In this document: positions 20,112 to 29,660 of the stretch, one piece after another
Numbering within the stretch: the first letter of the stretch is position 1
Layout: each line of letters opens with the position of its first letter
Origin: a virus
Lineage: Duplodnaviria; Caudoviricetes
IMG/VR virus record: IMGVR_UViG_2873314349_000003
DNA length: 64,000 nucleotides
Strand: one strand, 5' to 3'
Notes under the pieces: generated by a model
The model's input: only the letters and a program-made list of their open reading frames with translations
What the model was told of the DNA's origin: nothing
Database searches by the model: none
Position numbers and translations under genes: made by a program

Positions 20112-21089
20112 ATGCCGTATCTGACCCAGCTCGCCGAGGTGGCCCGCCGCACCGGATACCCCGTGACCGAGTGCCCCGGGTGGAAGACCCGCGGCCACGG
20201 CCCCCAGCCCGCAGTCGAGGGGGTGGTGTGCCACCACACCGCCGACCGGGAGGACCTGCACGTAGTCCGCGACGGCCGGCCCGGGCTGGACGGGCCGCTG
20301 TCGCAGATCTGGCTGCGCCATGACGGGCGAATCTTCATCGTCGCTGCGGGCCGGTGCTGGCATAACGCCCCCTCCACCTCGCCGAACCATACCAACAGCG
20401 CCTCGATCGGCATCGAGGCCGAAAACAACGGCCGCTCGCCTTGGCCGGCGGGACAGCTCGACGCCTACCGCCGGTTGTGCGCCGAACTGTGCAAGGAGTT
20501 CGGTCTGCCGGCCTCTCGGGTGCGGGGCCACAAGGAAGTCAACACCGCCAAGTCCGACCCCCACACCTTGTCCATGAACGACTTCCGTGCCGAGGTGGCA
20601 CGGCTCATGACCGGCGCCGGGCCGACCCCGGCCAGCGCCACGCGTGTAGAGGAGGACGCCGTGCCCGAAATCGTGTCCCTGGGCGCCGGCCGCGACCAGG
20701 ATGTGCCCGCCGCGGGCGAACTGGTGGTGCGCTGGCACACCGAGTACGTGGACGACCCCGACGACCACGGCGCCGACGGTGTGGCGGTGTTCGCCGACGG
20801 CGCGCGGTGGGCGCTGTGTGACGCACTGGTCAAGCTGCGCGGCCTGCAGCCTGGCGAGGACGTGGACCTGGCGTGGACGCGGTGCTCCCGCGACGGCACG
20901 AAGGTTCTGGACGACCCGTGGCGGTTGACCGTGCACGCCGACCCCGACGGCCGGATCGAGCGCAACCTGGGTGGCCAGTTCGCGCTGAGCGCGGACAACC
21001 AGCTGCGGCTGCGGATCCTCAACCCCGGGCCGCGGCCGGTGACGCTGGAGAAGGTGACGATGGCGAAGATCGCCTTGTTCCGGCGTTGA
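20112..21089 (+). CDS. Endolysin, N-acetylmuramoyl-L-alanine amidase
   Basis: HHTA, WHNA, IGIEAEN, GHKE..KSDP Zn-amidase motifs. Confidence 0.92.
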   Translation: MPYLTQLAEVARRTGYPVTECPGWKTRGHGPQPAVEGVVCHHTADREDLHVVRDGRPGLDGPLSQIWLRHDGRIFIVAAGRCWHNAPSTSPNHTNSASIGIEAENNGRSPWPAGQLDAYRRLCAELCKEFGLPASRVRGHKEVNTAKSDPHTLSMNDFRAEVARLMTGAGPTPASATRVEEDAVPEIVSLGAGRDQDVPAAGELVVRWHTEYVDDPDDHGADGVAVFADGARWALCDALVKLRGLQPGEDVDLAWTRCSRDGTKVLDDPWRLTVHADPDGRIERNLGGQFALSADNQLRLRILNPGPRPVTLEKVTMAKIALFRR

Positions 21090-21131
21090 CCAGAGGCTGA
21101 GGCTCGGCGAACTCTCAGACCACTTTTCTGT

Positions 21132-21157
21132 GACCTGCGGCGACGCGGGTCCTTTTT
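21132..21157 (+). terminator. Intrinsic terminator
   Basis: GACCTGCG-GCGA-CGCGGGTC followed by a T tract. Confidence 0.7.
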
Positions 21158-21185
21158 GTTGCCCGGCTTCGTCCGAGGAGACCGC

Positions 21186-21752
21186 GTGCCCCCATCTGAC
21201 GGCGCGGCCATGCGAGCGGCAGCTCTCACGGCCGCCATCAAGACCCACCTGCTCGTGGGTGACCTGCGGCTGTGTCTCGGCGTGAGCCGGGATGAGGCCA
21301 TCGCTCACGCCGAGGACGCGATCCGACAGACCGCCGACACGTTCGCGGCGTGGATCGCCGGCACGACCCGACTCCGCCTCATCCCCGGCCCCGTCGTCGA
21401 CGAGGCCACCGGCGCGCCCGCGGGCGCAACCTTCACTGGAGAGAAGATGCAGCTCAACACCGGCCAGAAGATCACGTACACGGTCGACACCGAGGACGCC
21501 TCCGGCTACGACACCAACGAGACCATCGAGTGGTCTGTCGACAACGCCGACTCGCTGGTGCTCACCGTCTCGGAGGACACCCGCTCGGCGACCGTCGTGT
21601 CCGGCGCCCCGGGTTCCGGCGTGCTGAAGGCGTCGATCCCCGCGCTTGGCCTGGAGGCCACCGAGGCCATCGACATCGTCCCGGCCGGCACCGCCACCAT
21701 CAAGCTCGTCGCGGGCCCGGTCGAGGAGGAGAACCCGGCCCCCGAGCAGTAA
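21186..21752 (+). CDS. Protein with C-terminal Ig-like domain (second start at 21447)
   Basis: GAGGAG RBS + GTG; IEWSVDN..LTVSED..ATV Ig-like pattern. Confidence 0.6.
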   Translation: MPPSDGAAMRAAALTAAIKTHLLVGDLRLCLGVSRDEAIAHAEDAIRQTADTFAAWIAGTTRLRLIPGPVVDEATGAPAGATFTGEKMQLNTGQKITYTVDTEDASGYDTNETIEWSVDNADSLVLTVSEDTRSATVVSGAPGSGVLKASIPALGLEATEAIDIVPAGTATIKLVAGPVEEENPAPEQ

Positions 21753-21799
21753 CAGCAAGTCCCCGCCTCGGCGGGCCCTGAACCCCTGAGGAGGGGTAC

Positions 21800-22060
21800 A
21801 TGCACATCTCACCCGATCCGGCGCCCTCGAAGCGGCCGGTCGAAGCCAAGGTCAAGGCGGCCGGCGTCGGGGCTTTCCTCGGCTCGATCGGTCTGCTGGC
21901 CATCCTCCAGGCCGTGGACGCCGACCACAGCCTCATCGACTTCCTGCCCGACTGGCTGGAAACCGTCCTCATCCCGCTGATCCCGACCGGCATCACGGTC
22001 GCCGCGGGCTGGAGGGCCCAGCACACCCCGCGCCCGGACCTACCGGACGACCAGCGATGA
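21800..22060 (+). CDS. Holin
   Basis: VEAKVKAA, two TM, GW.A.HTPR motif. Confidence 0.8.
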   Translation: MHISPDPAPSKRPVEAKVKAAGVGAFLGSIGLLAILQAVDADHSLIDFLPDWLETVLIPLIPTGITVAAGWRAQHTPRPDLPDDQR

Positions 22061-22181
22061 CCCCAGGTGGCCAGGGCTAGCGTGAGTCGTTGTCCTAACG
22101 GTCACAGGTACTGCCGCGGTCATGGGTGGACATCGACGCCAGCACGCCCCGCGATAGTCCGGTCATGTCACTTGCGTGCGC

Positions 22182-22224
22182 AGCAGCCCGTATCCCTCCC
22201 CAAGGAGGGGTACGGGCTGCTTTT
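22182..22224 (+). terminator. Terminator closing the late operon
   Basis: GCAGCCCGTATCCCTCC / GGAGGGGTACGGGCTGC + TTTT. Confidence 0.85.
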
Positions 22225-22279
22225 GGCGTTTTCAGACGTCGTTTCGCTCCGCCCCACACGCCCGGCGGGAGTACGCTCA

Positions 22280-23260
22280 GTGGCCGTGGATGTGCTGAAG
22301 GAACATGGGCTTGCCCGGTCCGAAGAAGAGGTCCTCGAGCACCTCGTGTTGGACATGCTCTACGAATACGCCGCCTTGGATCCCAGCCTCGTCCCTCGCC
22401 TGCACGAACTCGCTGAGGCCGTAGGGCGGCACGGCGACGTGCCACGGCTCCTAGAGCACGCGGAGAGCATCATCCATGGCCTCGATTCTCGGGGCGTGAT
22501 CTCTGTTGCAAGGTCGGTGGGCGGCTGGGTGAACTTCGGCCTCGCGATCACCCCGGATGGTAAGCGGGAAGCCCAGCGGGTGCGGCGGAGGCGTGCGGAC
22601 ATCGCCGCGCGCCGCGCGGCGTGTCGAATCGCGCTCCTTCGGTGGCTCTATGGCCAGGACGCGAAGGTCGAGACGCCCAGCATGGCGAATGCCGAGCACT
22701 TCTTCCTGGACTGCCTCTCGTTCTTCTGGGGCGAGCAGTTCCAGGCGGGCGAGGTGGACCGCGCTGCGGCACGGCTGCGTGAGGACAAGCTCATCACGGG
22801 GGGCGAGAGCTGGGGAGGGCACACCCCGCGCGCGCAGATCACGTCGAGGGGGATTGACTGCGTGGAGCAGGACCAAGGGGATATCGCGGCATACATGGGG
22901 AGGATGGCGATGAGCGGCGGCCAGCACGTCAGTGTCGGCGGGGACTTCCACGGCCAGCTCGGTATGACCGGACAAGGGGACGTCACGCAGACGCAGGACC
23001 AGAAGGTCGACATCAAGAAGATCATGAGTGTGCTGGACGGGGTCCGCGCTCAGCTGCCCACCCTGGGCCTCGACGCGGAGGATGCCGAGGGCCTGGATCG
23101 AACGATCGCTGAGATCGAGGAGAAGGGCAACGCTGGCGAGCTCACCCAGGAGGAGAAGAAGACTCTGCTCCAGCGGATCGGGGGCTTCCTGGGGAAGGCG
23201 ACGGCCTTTCTTGGGCCGGCGCTTCTGGCGGCGGTGCAGCAGCTGGCCGAGTCCTCCTAG
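22280..23260 (+). CDS. Hypothetical protein: winged-helix-like repeats, G/Q-rich linker, helical tail
   Basis: Likely start GTG 22280; two 'IT..G' wing motifs. Confidence 0.65.
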   Translation: MAVDVLKEHGLARSEEEVLEHLVLDMLYEYAALDPSLVPRLHELAEAVGRHGDVPRLLEHAESIIHGLDSRGVISVARSVGGWVNFGLAITPDGKREAQRVRRRRADIAARRAACRIALLRWLYGQDAKVETPSMANAEHFFLDCLSFFWGEQFQAGEVDRAAARLREDKLITGGESWGGHTPRAQITSRGIDCVEQDQGDIAAYMGRMAMSGGQHVSVGGDFHGQLGMTGQGDVTQTQDQKVDIKKIMSVLDGVRAQLPTLGLDAEDAEGLDRTIAEIEEKGNAGELTQEEKKTLLQRIGGFLGKATAFLGPALLAAVQQLAESS

Positions 23261-23276
23261 TAGCACGGGCACTAAG

Positions 23277-23302
23277 GGCGCCCGCCCCGGAGGGCGGGCG
23301 CC
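23277..23302. terminator. Hairpin between convergent genes
   Basis: GGCGCCCGCCC-CGGA-GGGCGGGCGCC perfect 11-bp stem. Confidence 0.75.
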
Positions 23303-23330
23303 GAGGAGTTCCTTGGCAACCTGGGTGCGG

Positions 23331-23498
23331 TCAGATGCCCAGGGAGTCAAGGACCGGCGGAACGGCGCCGAGCAGGACCGCCAGGGCCACAACCACTCCA
23401 ACAAGCAGCTTGGGGGCTGTGATGGAGGTACGGCGGACTGCGTAGGCCGCGGTCGTAAGGATGGCGATGACGCCGATCAGCGGGATGTGCTGGTGCAT
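23331..23498 (-). CDS. 55-aa two-TM peptide (paralog of 37726..37905)
   Basis: Hand-translated MHQHIPLIGVIAILTTAAYAVRRTSITAPKLLVGVVVALAVLLGAVPPVLDSLGI. Confidence 0.7.
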   Translation of the reverse strand: MHQHIPLIGVIAILTTAAYAVRRTSITAPKLLVGVVVALAVLLGAVPPVLDSLGI

Positions 23499-23796
23499 GG
23501 GCAGTTCCCCTTCGCCTATGTTAGTCGACCTCTGTCTCGATTCCGCCCGAATTGCTCACGGTTGGTAATTGTCCGCGTACGGTCGGCAATCGAAGGCAAA
23601 CTCTAGCGGCTCGCTTGACTGTGCGGCCCATGTGTTTGCCGATCCTGAGGAAGATTCGGGGGGCGCGTTCGCAGCTACACGCTAAGTGAACGTCTGAACA
23701 CGCTAGGGTTGAGGGTTGGTGCATGGTTTTCTTAGTCGACCTCTGCGCCCAAGGGCGGGAAGCCCCCGGCTGGTAACCGCGGGGCCCCCGCCCGCT

Positions 23797-23976
23797 TCAA
23801 CGCGACGGCAGGGAGACGACCTCGACCAGGTCCTCCAGCGCGACGTGCTCGGCGACCTCGGCCACCGACCGGGCGTACGCGACCAGAACTCCGTACTGGC
23901 GGATCCTCAGCACCTGTCGGCCGTTCAGCACGATCCGATCGATCACGAAACGATCCGGCCCAGCCCATATTGACAC
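23797..23976 (-). CDS. 59-aa protein (paralog of 38193..38375)
   Basis: Hand-translated MSIWAGPDRFVIDRIVLNGRQVLRIRQYGVLVAYARSVAEVAEHVALEDLVEVVSLPSR. Confidence 0.7.
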   Translation of the reverse strand: MSIWAGPDRFVIDRIVLNGRQVLRIRQYGVLVAYARSVAEVAEHVALEDLVEVVSLPSR

Positions 23977-24055
23977 CCCGCCAGGCTAAGAATTCGCAGG
24001 TCAAGGGATGGCAAAGCGAGCGTAGATCCCCTCGTGAGCGCTGTACCGGTGGTGC

Positions 24056-24721
24056 ATGCCATTCACACCCCCGCGGCGGTCCGCCGCTCTCATCTCCCTG
24101 AGCATGCTCCTGGCCGCTCTCCTTGGCGGATCACCGGCGTCCGCCGCACCGGTCACGCTGCCTGAGCCCTCGCCGGCCGCGACCGCACGCGTCGAACTCG
24201 CCGAGCTCGCGGTTGACGTGCCCCATGCGATGACCGGCTACTCCCGGGCGAAGTTCCCGCACTGGATCGAGCAGGGCGGGTCGTGCTCCACCCGCGAGGT
24301 CGTCCTCGAACGCGACGGGACCGCCGTCGAGCGAGACGAGGAGTGCCGGGCGGTCTCGGGCACCTGGCACAGCGAGTACGACGGCAAGACACTCACGGCC
24401 GCTGCCCAGGTCGACATCGACCACGTGGTGCCGCTGGCCAACGCCTGGCGCTCGGGTGCGGACGCCTGGTCGACGGCCAAGCGGAGAGCCTTCGCCAACG
24501 ACCTCGTAAACCCACAGCTCATCGCCGTGTCCGCCGCCAGCAACCGGGCCAAGGGCGACCAGAACCCGGCGCAGTGGAAGCCGCCGCTGCGCTCCTACTG
24601 GTGCACCTACGCCCGCGCCTGGACGGACGTTAAGCACCTCTACGGGCTCGCCGTCACCACCGAGGAGAAGACGGCGCTCGACCAGATGCTCGACACCTGC
24701 CCCGACGGCCAGAACCCATGA
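24056..24721 (+). CDS. Secreted HNH nuclease (DUF1524-like)
   Basis: Signal peptide; GYSR.KFPHW, DIDHVVPL..AW.SGA, NRAKGD. Confidence 0.9.
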   Translation: MPFTPPRRSAALISLSMLLAALLGGSPASAAPVTLPEPSPAATARVELAELAVDVPHAMTGYSRAKFPHWIEQGGSCSTREVVLERDGTAVERDEECRAVSGTWHSEYDGKTLTAAAQVDIDHVVPLANAWRSGADAWSTAKRRAFANDLVNPQLIAVSAASNRAKGDQNPAQWKPPLRSYWCTYARAWTDVKHLYGLAVTTEEKTALDQMLDTCPDGQNP

Positions 24722-24993
24722 GCGACCGACTTGAAGCCCACGTCGTCGCCGGCCCTGGTGGCGTCATGACGGACGAGGTCGGCGTGGTCACCGGGGACCT
24801 CACCGTGGCCACCGAGGTCCGCGGCGACCAAGCCACCATCACCGTCCAGTACACCGGAGCCGAGGAGTGGTACACCGTCACCGGCAGCCCGCTCACGGTC
24901 GTCGGCTGCGACGGGCCATGGGTGCACGCCGCGGTGGTGCGCGCCGTTGCGGCGGGACTGCCTGAGGGGCTCGCGGAGATGGAGGCCGAGTAG
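24718..24993 (+). CDS. Hypothetical protein coupled to the nuclease
   Basis: ATGA overlap; VQY.GAEEWYTVTGSP. Confidence 0.7.
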   Translation: MSDRLEAHVVAGPGGVMTDEVGVVTGDLTVATEVRGDQATITVQYTGAEEWYTVTGSPLTVVGCDGPWVHAAVVRAVAAGLPEGLAEMEAE

Positions 24994-25033
24994 CAAGCCC
25001 TCGGGCGCGAGGAACCCGCCATAGATACGAATA

Positions 25034-25063
25034 GGCCCCGGTCCTCCGCGAAGGATCGGGGCC
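25034..25063. terminator. Bidirectional hairpin
   Basis: GGCCCCGGTCCT / AGGATCGGGGCC between convergent genes. Confidence 0.7.
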
Positions 25064-25074
25064 GACGCGAACGG

Positions 25075-25332
25075 CTATGCGCGCTTCCAGCGCCACCGGC
25101 CATTGCTGTACCGGGTGCACCGATAGCGATTTCCGGTCTTCGAGATGCCGAGCTTGCCGTGCGCGGCGGCCGGGCAGTACGCGCCCGGGGTGATGCAGTT
25201 CCAGTGGTTGCCGACGCGCTTGTACTGGCAGGCCGCGGCGGCCGTGGTGGCGTCGGCGGCGCCTACGGCGACGGGGGCGACCAGCAGCCCGGCGGCCAGG
25301 GCGGCGGTGGAAACGAGAGAGCGGAAGCGCAA
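25075..25332 (-). CDS. Small secreted basic Cys-containing protein
   Basis: GGAGG RBS + TTG; signal peptide; four Cys, PGAYCP motif. Confidence 0.75.
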   Translation of the reverse strand: MRFRSLVSTAALAAGLLVAPVAVGAADATTAAAACQYKRVGNHWNCITPGAYCPAAAHGKLGISKTGNRYRCTRYSNGRWRWKRA

Positions 25333-25498
25333 GAGGACCTCCTGTGGGGATGAACACGAAGAAGACGAGGGTCGCCCGCGCGTGGTTTGCGTGGTGTCCG
25401 GATCCGGACGTTCGCAGCGGCTTCGCCGTAGTCGGGGTGTTCTCGCTGATCGGAATCGCTGCTCGTAGGATCGGCCACAACCCGCGGCCGGGGGAGCT

Positions 25499-26014
25499 TC
25501 ATGGCCGACTACGAGATCCCTGACGACCTGCTGAAGCCTCAGGTGGCCTTCGAGCGCGGGCAAAGGGATTGACTGCTGGCGCGCCGGCCGCTCGGGCGGT
25601 GGGACACGGCCAGGGCACCTTGCACGACAGGCATGCAGCACGGTTTGCAGGGTGAGGCGAATGCAGATGTTGGATCGCGGTGCGTAGCTGCTGGTACTTG
25701 TCGTCTGACTCGCTCGCCGCCTTGCCGCGGAGGACAAGCGAGACCATGAAAGCGCCCCACCCTCCCAGCAGGAGAACGACGCCGATTGCGACGGGGGACA
25801 TCGCCTGCGCCTGGCACTGCTGGACAGCCATCGCGGTCAAGGAGCCATCGTCGACAACCTGGCCACCAGAGGCGAAAAGGGCGAACACAGCCGGCCCGCA
25901 AGACGCGGTAGTGCCCAGTACGTTCAGCGACACCGGCCAGAAGGCAGCGATCAGGCCGACGACCGTCCCCAGCAGCGCGGCTATCGGGCCCCACGGTAAT
26001 CGGCGCGACTTCAT
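25499..26014 (-). CDS. Two-TM membrane protein with C-terminal Cys motif
   Basis: GGGAG RBS; TM-loop(C..C)-TM; CLSC...WPC; 3' end uncertain. Confidence 0.55.
   Translation of the reverse strand: MKSRRLPWGPIAALLGTVVGLIAAFWPVSLNVLGTTASCGPAVFALFASGGQVVDDGSLTAMAVQQCQAQAMSPVAIGVVLLLGGWGAFMVSLVLRGKAASESDDKYQQLRTAIQHLHSPHPANRAACLSCKVPWPCPTARAAGAPAVNPFARARRPPEASAGRQGSRSRP
25501..25572 (+). pseudogene. Truncated copy of the 37214 gene
   Basis: MADYEIPDDLLKPQVAF then a stop; same leader. Confidence 0.75.
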
Positions 26015-26400
26015 CGTGCGGCTCCCTCTTTACCCAGTACGTGACGCGGCAACGCTAGTCCTGGTGTGCGCGGGCAGGGCGTCGTGTGTACGAAATGTGA
26101 CCCCCGTACGATCGGCGCCGCACCGCGAGCACGGGGAGCATCCGTCGCAGTAGCGCCAGCGTTAGATTTGGGGCGCATCAAGCGTGCGTTAGGTTGTGCG
26201 ACAAACCATGCCGTCCTGGTATCGCGAACGAGTGGCAAGCGAGGAATGGTGCAAGCGCATGGTTGCGGCTATGACACGCCTCCGCCTTCGGATCGGCGTG
26301 AATGCGGACGGTCGGCCGCGGCTGAAGCTCCCATTAAGAGGCGAGGGGGGAATACACGAAAGGTGACGGGTGGATCACTCTTCTACTACCGCAGCTGACC

Positions 26401-26570
26401 CGGTGTGCATGGTCGGAGTCAGCGGCTGGGGGCTCCGGCGCCGCTCACGCCGACGACGGTGAGGTCACTCGCCGCCGCGGCCTGAAGCTCCAGGTCTAGG
26501 ACGACGCCGGCCCCGGGCAGCTCGGCCTCTTGACGCCCCCGGCCCAGCTCCACAGCAGATAACCGCCTGG
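26401..26570 (+). pseudogene. Degenerate inverted copy of the 3' half of 30888..31208
   Basis: CMVGVSGW, GAAH.D.GEVT, GQLGL, APGPAPQQITAW with a frameshift and a stop. Confidence 0.8.
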
Positions 26571-26644
26571 TTGGAGTCCCGACGACGGTGATCACTAAGT
26601 CGTCAACACGACCGTTACCCCAGATCAGAGGCAACTTCGTCAGG

Positions 26645-28315
26645 TCAGTCCTGCGCCGTTGTAGCGCTGCGGATGTCTGCAGGTGTTGCTACTGGTCGGC
26701 GCGTGCGTCCGGTCACAAGGCCGATGATCGAGCTGATCTCGGTGATCCGCGCTTTGTGGGCGATGACGAGGTAGAGGAACATGCCAAGGCCACCACCAAC
26801 GGCCAGAGAGAGCAGCGCGTTGGAAAATCCTGGCGAGCGGAACAGTTGCTGAGCAATCCAGAGCGAGGCCAGCGCGAGCACGGCGCCGGGCAGTGAGCAC
26901 CAGTACATCTTGGTCAAGATCGAGCCGATAGCCCATCCCCCGAGCCCTTGCGCGCGGCGACTGGCTAGCATCCACGCCGCGACGGCACCCGCCGCATAGG
27001 CGACGGCGTAGGCGAAGGCGAGTCCCATGACGACATACCGGGCAGGCAGCACGAAGTACAGGGTCATCATAAGCAAGGCGTGAAGTGCCGTTGTGCCCGC
27101 ACCTACCAGTACCGGCGTGCGGGTGTCGCCGAAGCTGTAGAAGACGCGGAGCAGTAACTGGAAGATCGTGAACGGCATCAGCGCCAGGCCGTACACCTGC
27201 AGCACGTTGCCGATGTAGACGGCGTCGTCCACCGTTGTGGCCCCGTGCGCGTAGATCGGCACGGTGATGGCCGGTCCCAGGATCATCAGCAGCAACGACA
27301 TCGGCACCATCACCGCGCTGATGAGGCGCACGCCCGACTGGAACTCATCACGGACCAGGTCGAGCCGCCCTTCACCGGCCGCGCGGCTCATCCGGGGCAG
27401 CATGGCGGTGATCACCGAGACGCCGATGACGCCGTAGGGCAGTTGGAAGAGCTGGAAGGCGAAGGTGTAGGGAGTGATGCCGTGGCCGGGCACCTGGTCG
27501 CCGGCCGAGCTGGACAAATTTGTGGTGAGCATGAAGCCCAGCTGGGTGATCACCACATACCCTATGGTCCAAATACCCATTCTGGACATCTCGCCCAGTC
27601 GGGCGTTGCGCACGTCGAAGCGGGGGCGGAAAGAGAACCCGGCCCGCTTGAGCGACACGATCAGAACCACCGACTGGGCCACGATCCCGGCCGTGGTACC
27701 CAAGCCGAGTAGTGCGAGCTGCGCATCGGTGACCTGCGAGATGTTGCCGCCCGCGTGGCCGGTGACTAGCGCGAAGGCCAGTAGGACGCAGATCACCACG
27801 AGGTTGTTGACCACTGGTGCCCACATGGGCGCCGCGAAGCGGTCGCGGGTGTTGAGTATGGCGCCGGCCACGGCGCCGATGCCGAAGAAGGCCAGCTGCG
27901 GCAGGATGAACCTGGCCAGCGTCACCGCGACCTTGAATTCGTTGCTGTCGGGCGCCCAGTTGGTGGTGTACAGGTCGATCAGCAGTGGTGCGGCGAGCAC
28001 CGCCACGACCGCCACAACGATCAGCGTGAGCGTGACGATGGTCATCAGCCGTTGTTCGTAGGCCCGTCCGCCGTCGGGGTCCTGCTGCTGCGCTTTGACG
28101 ATCATGGGGACCACGACGCTGCTCAGCACGCCGAGCAGGAGCAGATCCAGGATGCTGTACGGAATGGCGTAGGCCGCGTTGTACGCGTCGCCCATCGCCG
28201 CCGTGCCGATGGCATAGGCGAGCACCATCGTGCGAACGAATCCGGTGACCCTGGACACCATCGTGCCTGCCGCCATGATCGCGCTGACACGCAGGCTGCG
28301 ACTCATGCTGCTCAT
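26645..28315 (-). CDS. murJ: MurJ/MviN lipid II flippase homolog
   Basis: MAAGTMVSRVTGFVR, DAYNAA..IP, FQLPYG, multi-TM MOP pattern. Confidence 0.9.
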   Translation of the reverse strand: MSSMSRSLRVSAIMAAGTMVSRVTGFVRTMVLAYAIGTAAMGDAYNAAYAIPYSILDLLLLGVLSSVVVPMIVKAQQQDPDGGRAYEQRLMTIVTLTLIVVAVVAVLAAPLLIDLYTTNWAPDSNEFKVAVTLARFILPQLAFFGIGAVAGAILNTRDRFAAPMWAPVVNNLVVICVLLAFALVTGHAGGNISQVTDAQLALLGLGTTAGIVAQSVVLIVSLKRAGFSFRPRFDVRNARLGEMSRMGIWTIGYVVITQLGFMLTTNLSSSAGDQVPGHGITPYTFAFQLFQLPYGVIGVSVITAMLPRMSRAAGEGRLDLVRDEFQSGVRLISAVMVPMSLLLMILGPAITVPIYAHGATTVDDAVYIGNVLQVYGLALMPFTIFQLLLRVFYSFGDTRTPVLVGAGTTALHALLMMTLYFVLPARYVVMGLAFAYAVAYAAGAVAAWMLASRRAQGLGGWAIGSILTKMYWCSLPGAVLALASLWIAQQLFRSPGFSNALLSLAVGGGLGMFLYLVIAHKARITEISSIIGLVTGRTRRPVATPADIRSATTAQD

Positions 28316-28902
28316 CCTCCAACCGGTGTTCTACTGACGACGATCAGGTCGCGCACGGACTGGCTCCGCTTGAACGCCGGTCCCGCCGTGTGAGGACTCC
28401 GGCAATATGCCAGTCGAAAATACCGCAGTACTGCGGCTGTACTGAACCGACGGCAACAGCCCACGAGCGTATCGGAAGCGGCGATAGCCCGCGTCGGTGT
28501 AGCGCCGTGTTGGAGAATCACCATTCGCTGTGATATGGACCGGCGGCGGCAGTGAAGGCTCGGCGTCGAAGTCGCGGTCAACGCCTGAGTACGGGGAGCA
28601 CTACTGACCGTGCCCCAATTCGGCCACACTCCCAAGTAGTAGACGACATCCGTTTCAGTTCGCCTACCCGTAATTAGGGTATCCATCTTTCCGAAAACTC
28701 ATCGTTTTTAACCCAGAGCGAAATACTATGCCCACCTCCGTACCGGCGAAGATCTGAATTGGTTAATATCTGCAGTGCGGCGCTGGTTTGGTCGGGGCGC
28801 ACGGCCTCCCCCCATTCCGAATTCACGCCGCGCGCGGCACGCTGGCTTCGGTTCCAGCGTGCATTTCGGCAAGGTTTCATACCTACCCCCGAAAGGCGGG
28901 AC

Positions 28903-29262
28903 ATGAAAAAGCGACTCGTGCTGGCATCGGTATTGACGGGTGGGGCTTTAGCCACTTCCCTTCTGGTAACAGGCCCGCCGGCCTCTGCCACCAGCACATC
29001 AGCCGCACTTCTTCTCTGCACGCACGCGCCACTGTCCAGCGGAGGTAAGGCAGGTGGCAAGTCCTGGTGCCCCAGCCACCCGGCCCAGCACACACACCGT
29101 GTGTGGGTCGACTGCAGGCCTCAGGGAAGTCCCTTCACCCACAGGGTCTACGGCCCTTACGTCGGCGGAACATCCACTTCAACGGCTTGGTGTGATTTGG
29201 GTGAGACTTCACCCAACGTCGGCCACGAGGAGTTCGCCGAACCCCCTCTTCTGGGTAGGTAA
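28903..29262 (+). CDS. Small secreted protein with four Cys
   Basis: GAAAGG RBS; MKKR signal peptide; YGPYV...STAWC. Confidence 0.75.
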   Translation: MKKRLVLASVLTGGALATSLLVTGPPASATSTSAALLLCTHAPLSSGGKAGGKSWCPSHPAQHTHRVWVDCRPQGSPFTHRVYGPYVGGTSTSTAWCDLGETSPNVGHEEFAEPPLLGR

Positions 29263-29537
29263 GGATCGCCAGGCGTAAACGCTGGCAGAATAGTAAGCAG
29301 GACTAAAACGCGATAGCGTGGGCCGGTGGCGGAGTAACGTGATCCGCCACCGGTTCGGTGCGTAAGAAGGATGAATCGTCGCCATATCGCTAATGCCATG
29401 CCAGGAAGCTGATAGGTGCGAGCCTTGTGCATTAGTCGTCGATATGGCCTTCACGCGCCATTGACCAGCTTCCTATCCGGATCAATTCAGGATGTTGATG
29501 TATACGCGAACTGCCTCGGCATGAGCAGCTTCTGTTG

Positions 29538-29660
29538 TTACACAGCGTCGGCGACCTTGTCATCCAGCAGCACGTACAACCGGGCGGTGTTAGTGCAGGC
29601 ATTGCCGAGGCGGCAGTCCACGACCTCGATGGAGACGCCAACCTCTACGCACGCGTGCTG
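29538..29660 (-). pseudogene. Tyrosine recombinase C-terminal remnant
   Basis: Hand-translated GVSIEVVDCRLGNACTNTARLYVLLDDKVADAV resembles box II (LGH...Y). Confidence 0.6.

Larger units (their letters stand above)
1..22224 (+). mobile_element. Prophage late region (head, neck, tail, lysis), siphovirus-like; continues left of the window
   Basis: Colinear, mostly overlapping + strand genes in canonical order ending at a strong terminator at 22182-22224. Confidence 0.95.

Noticed and set aside
28312-28686. 124-aa ORF overlapping the murJ start
   Set aside because: Atypical composition and no motifs; likely leader/promoter DNA, though not excluded
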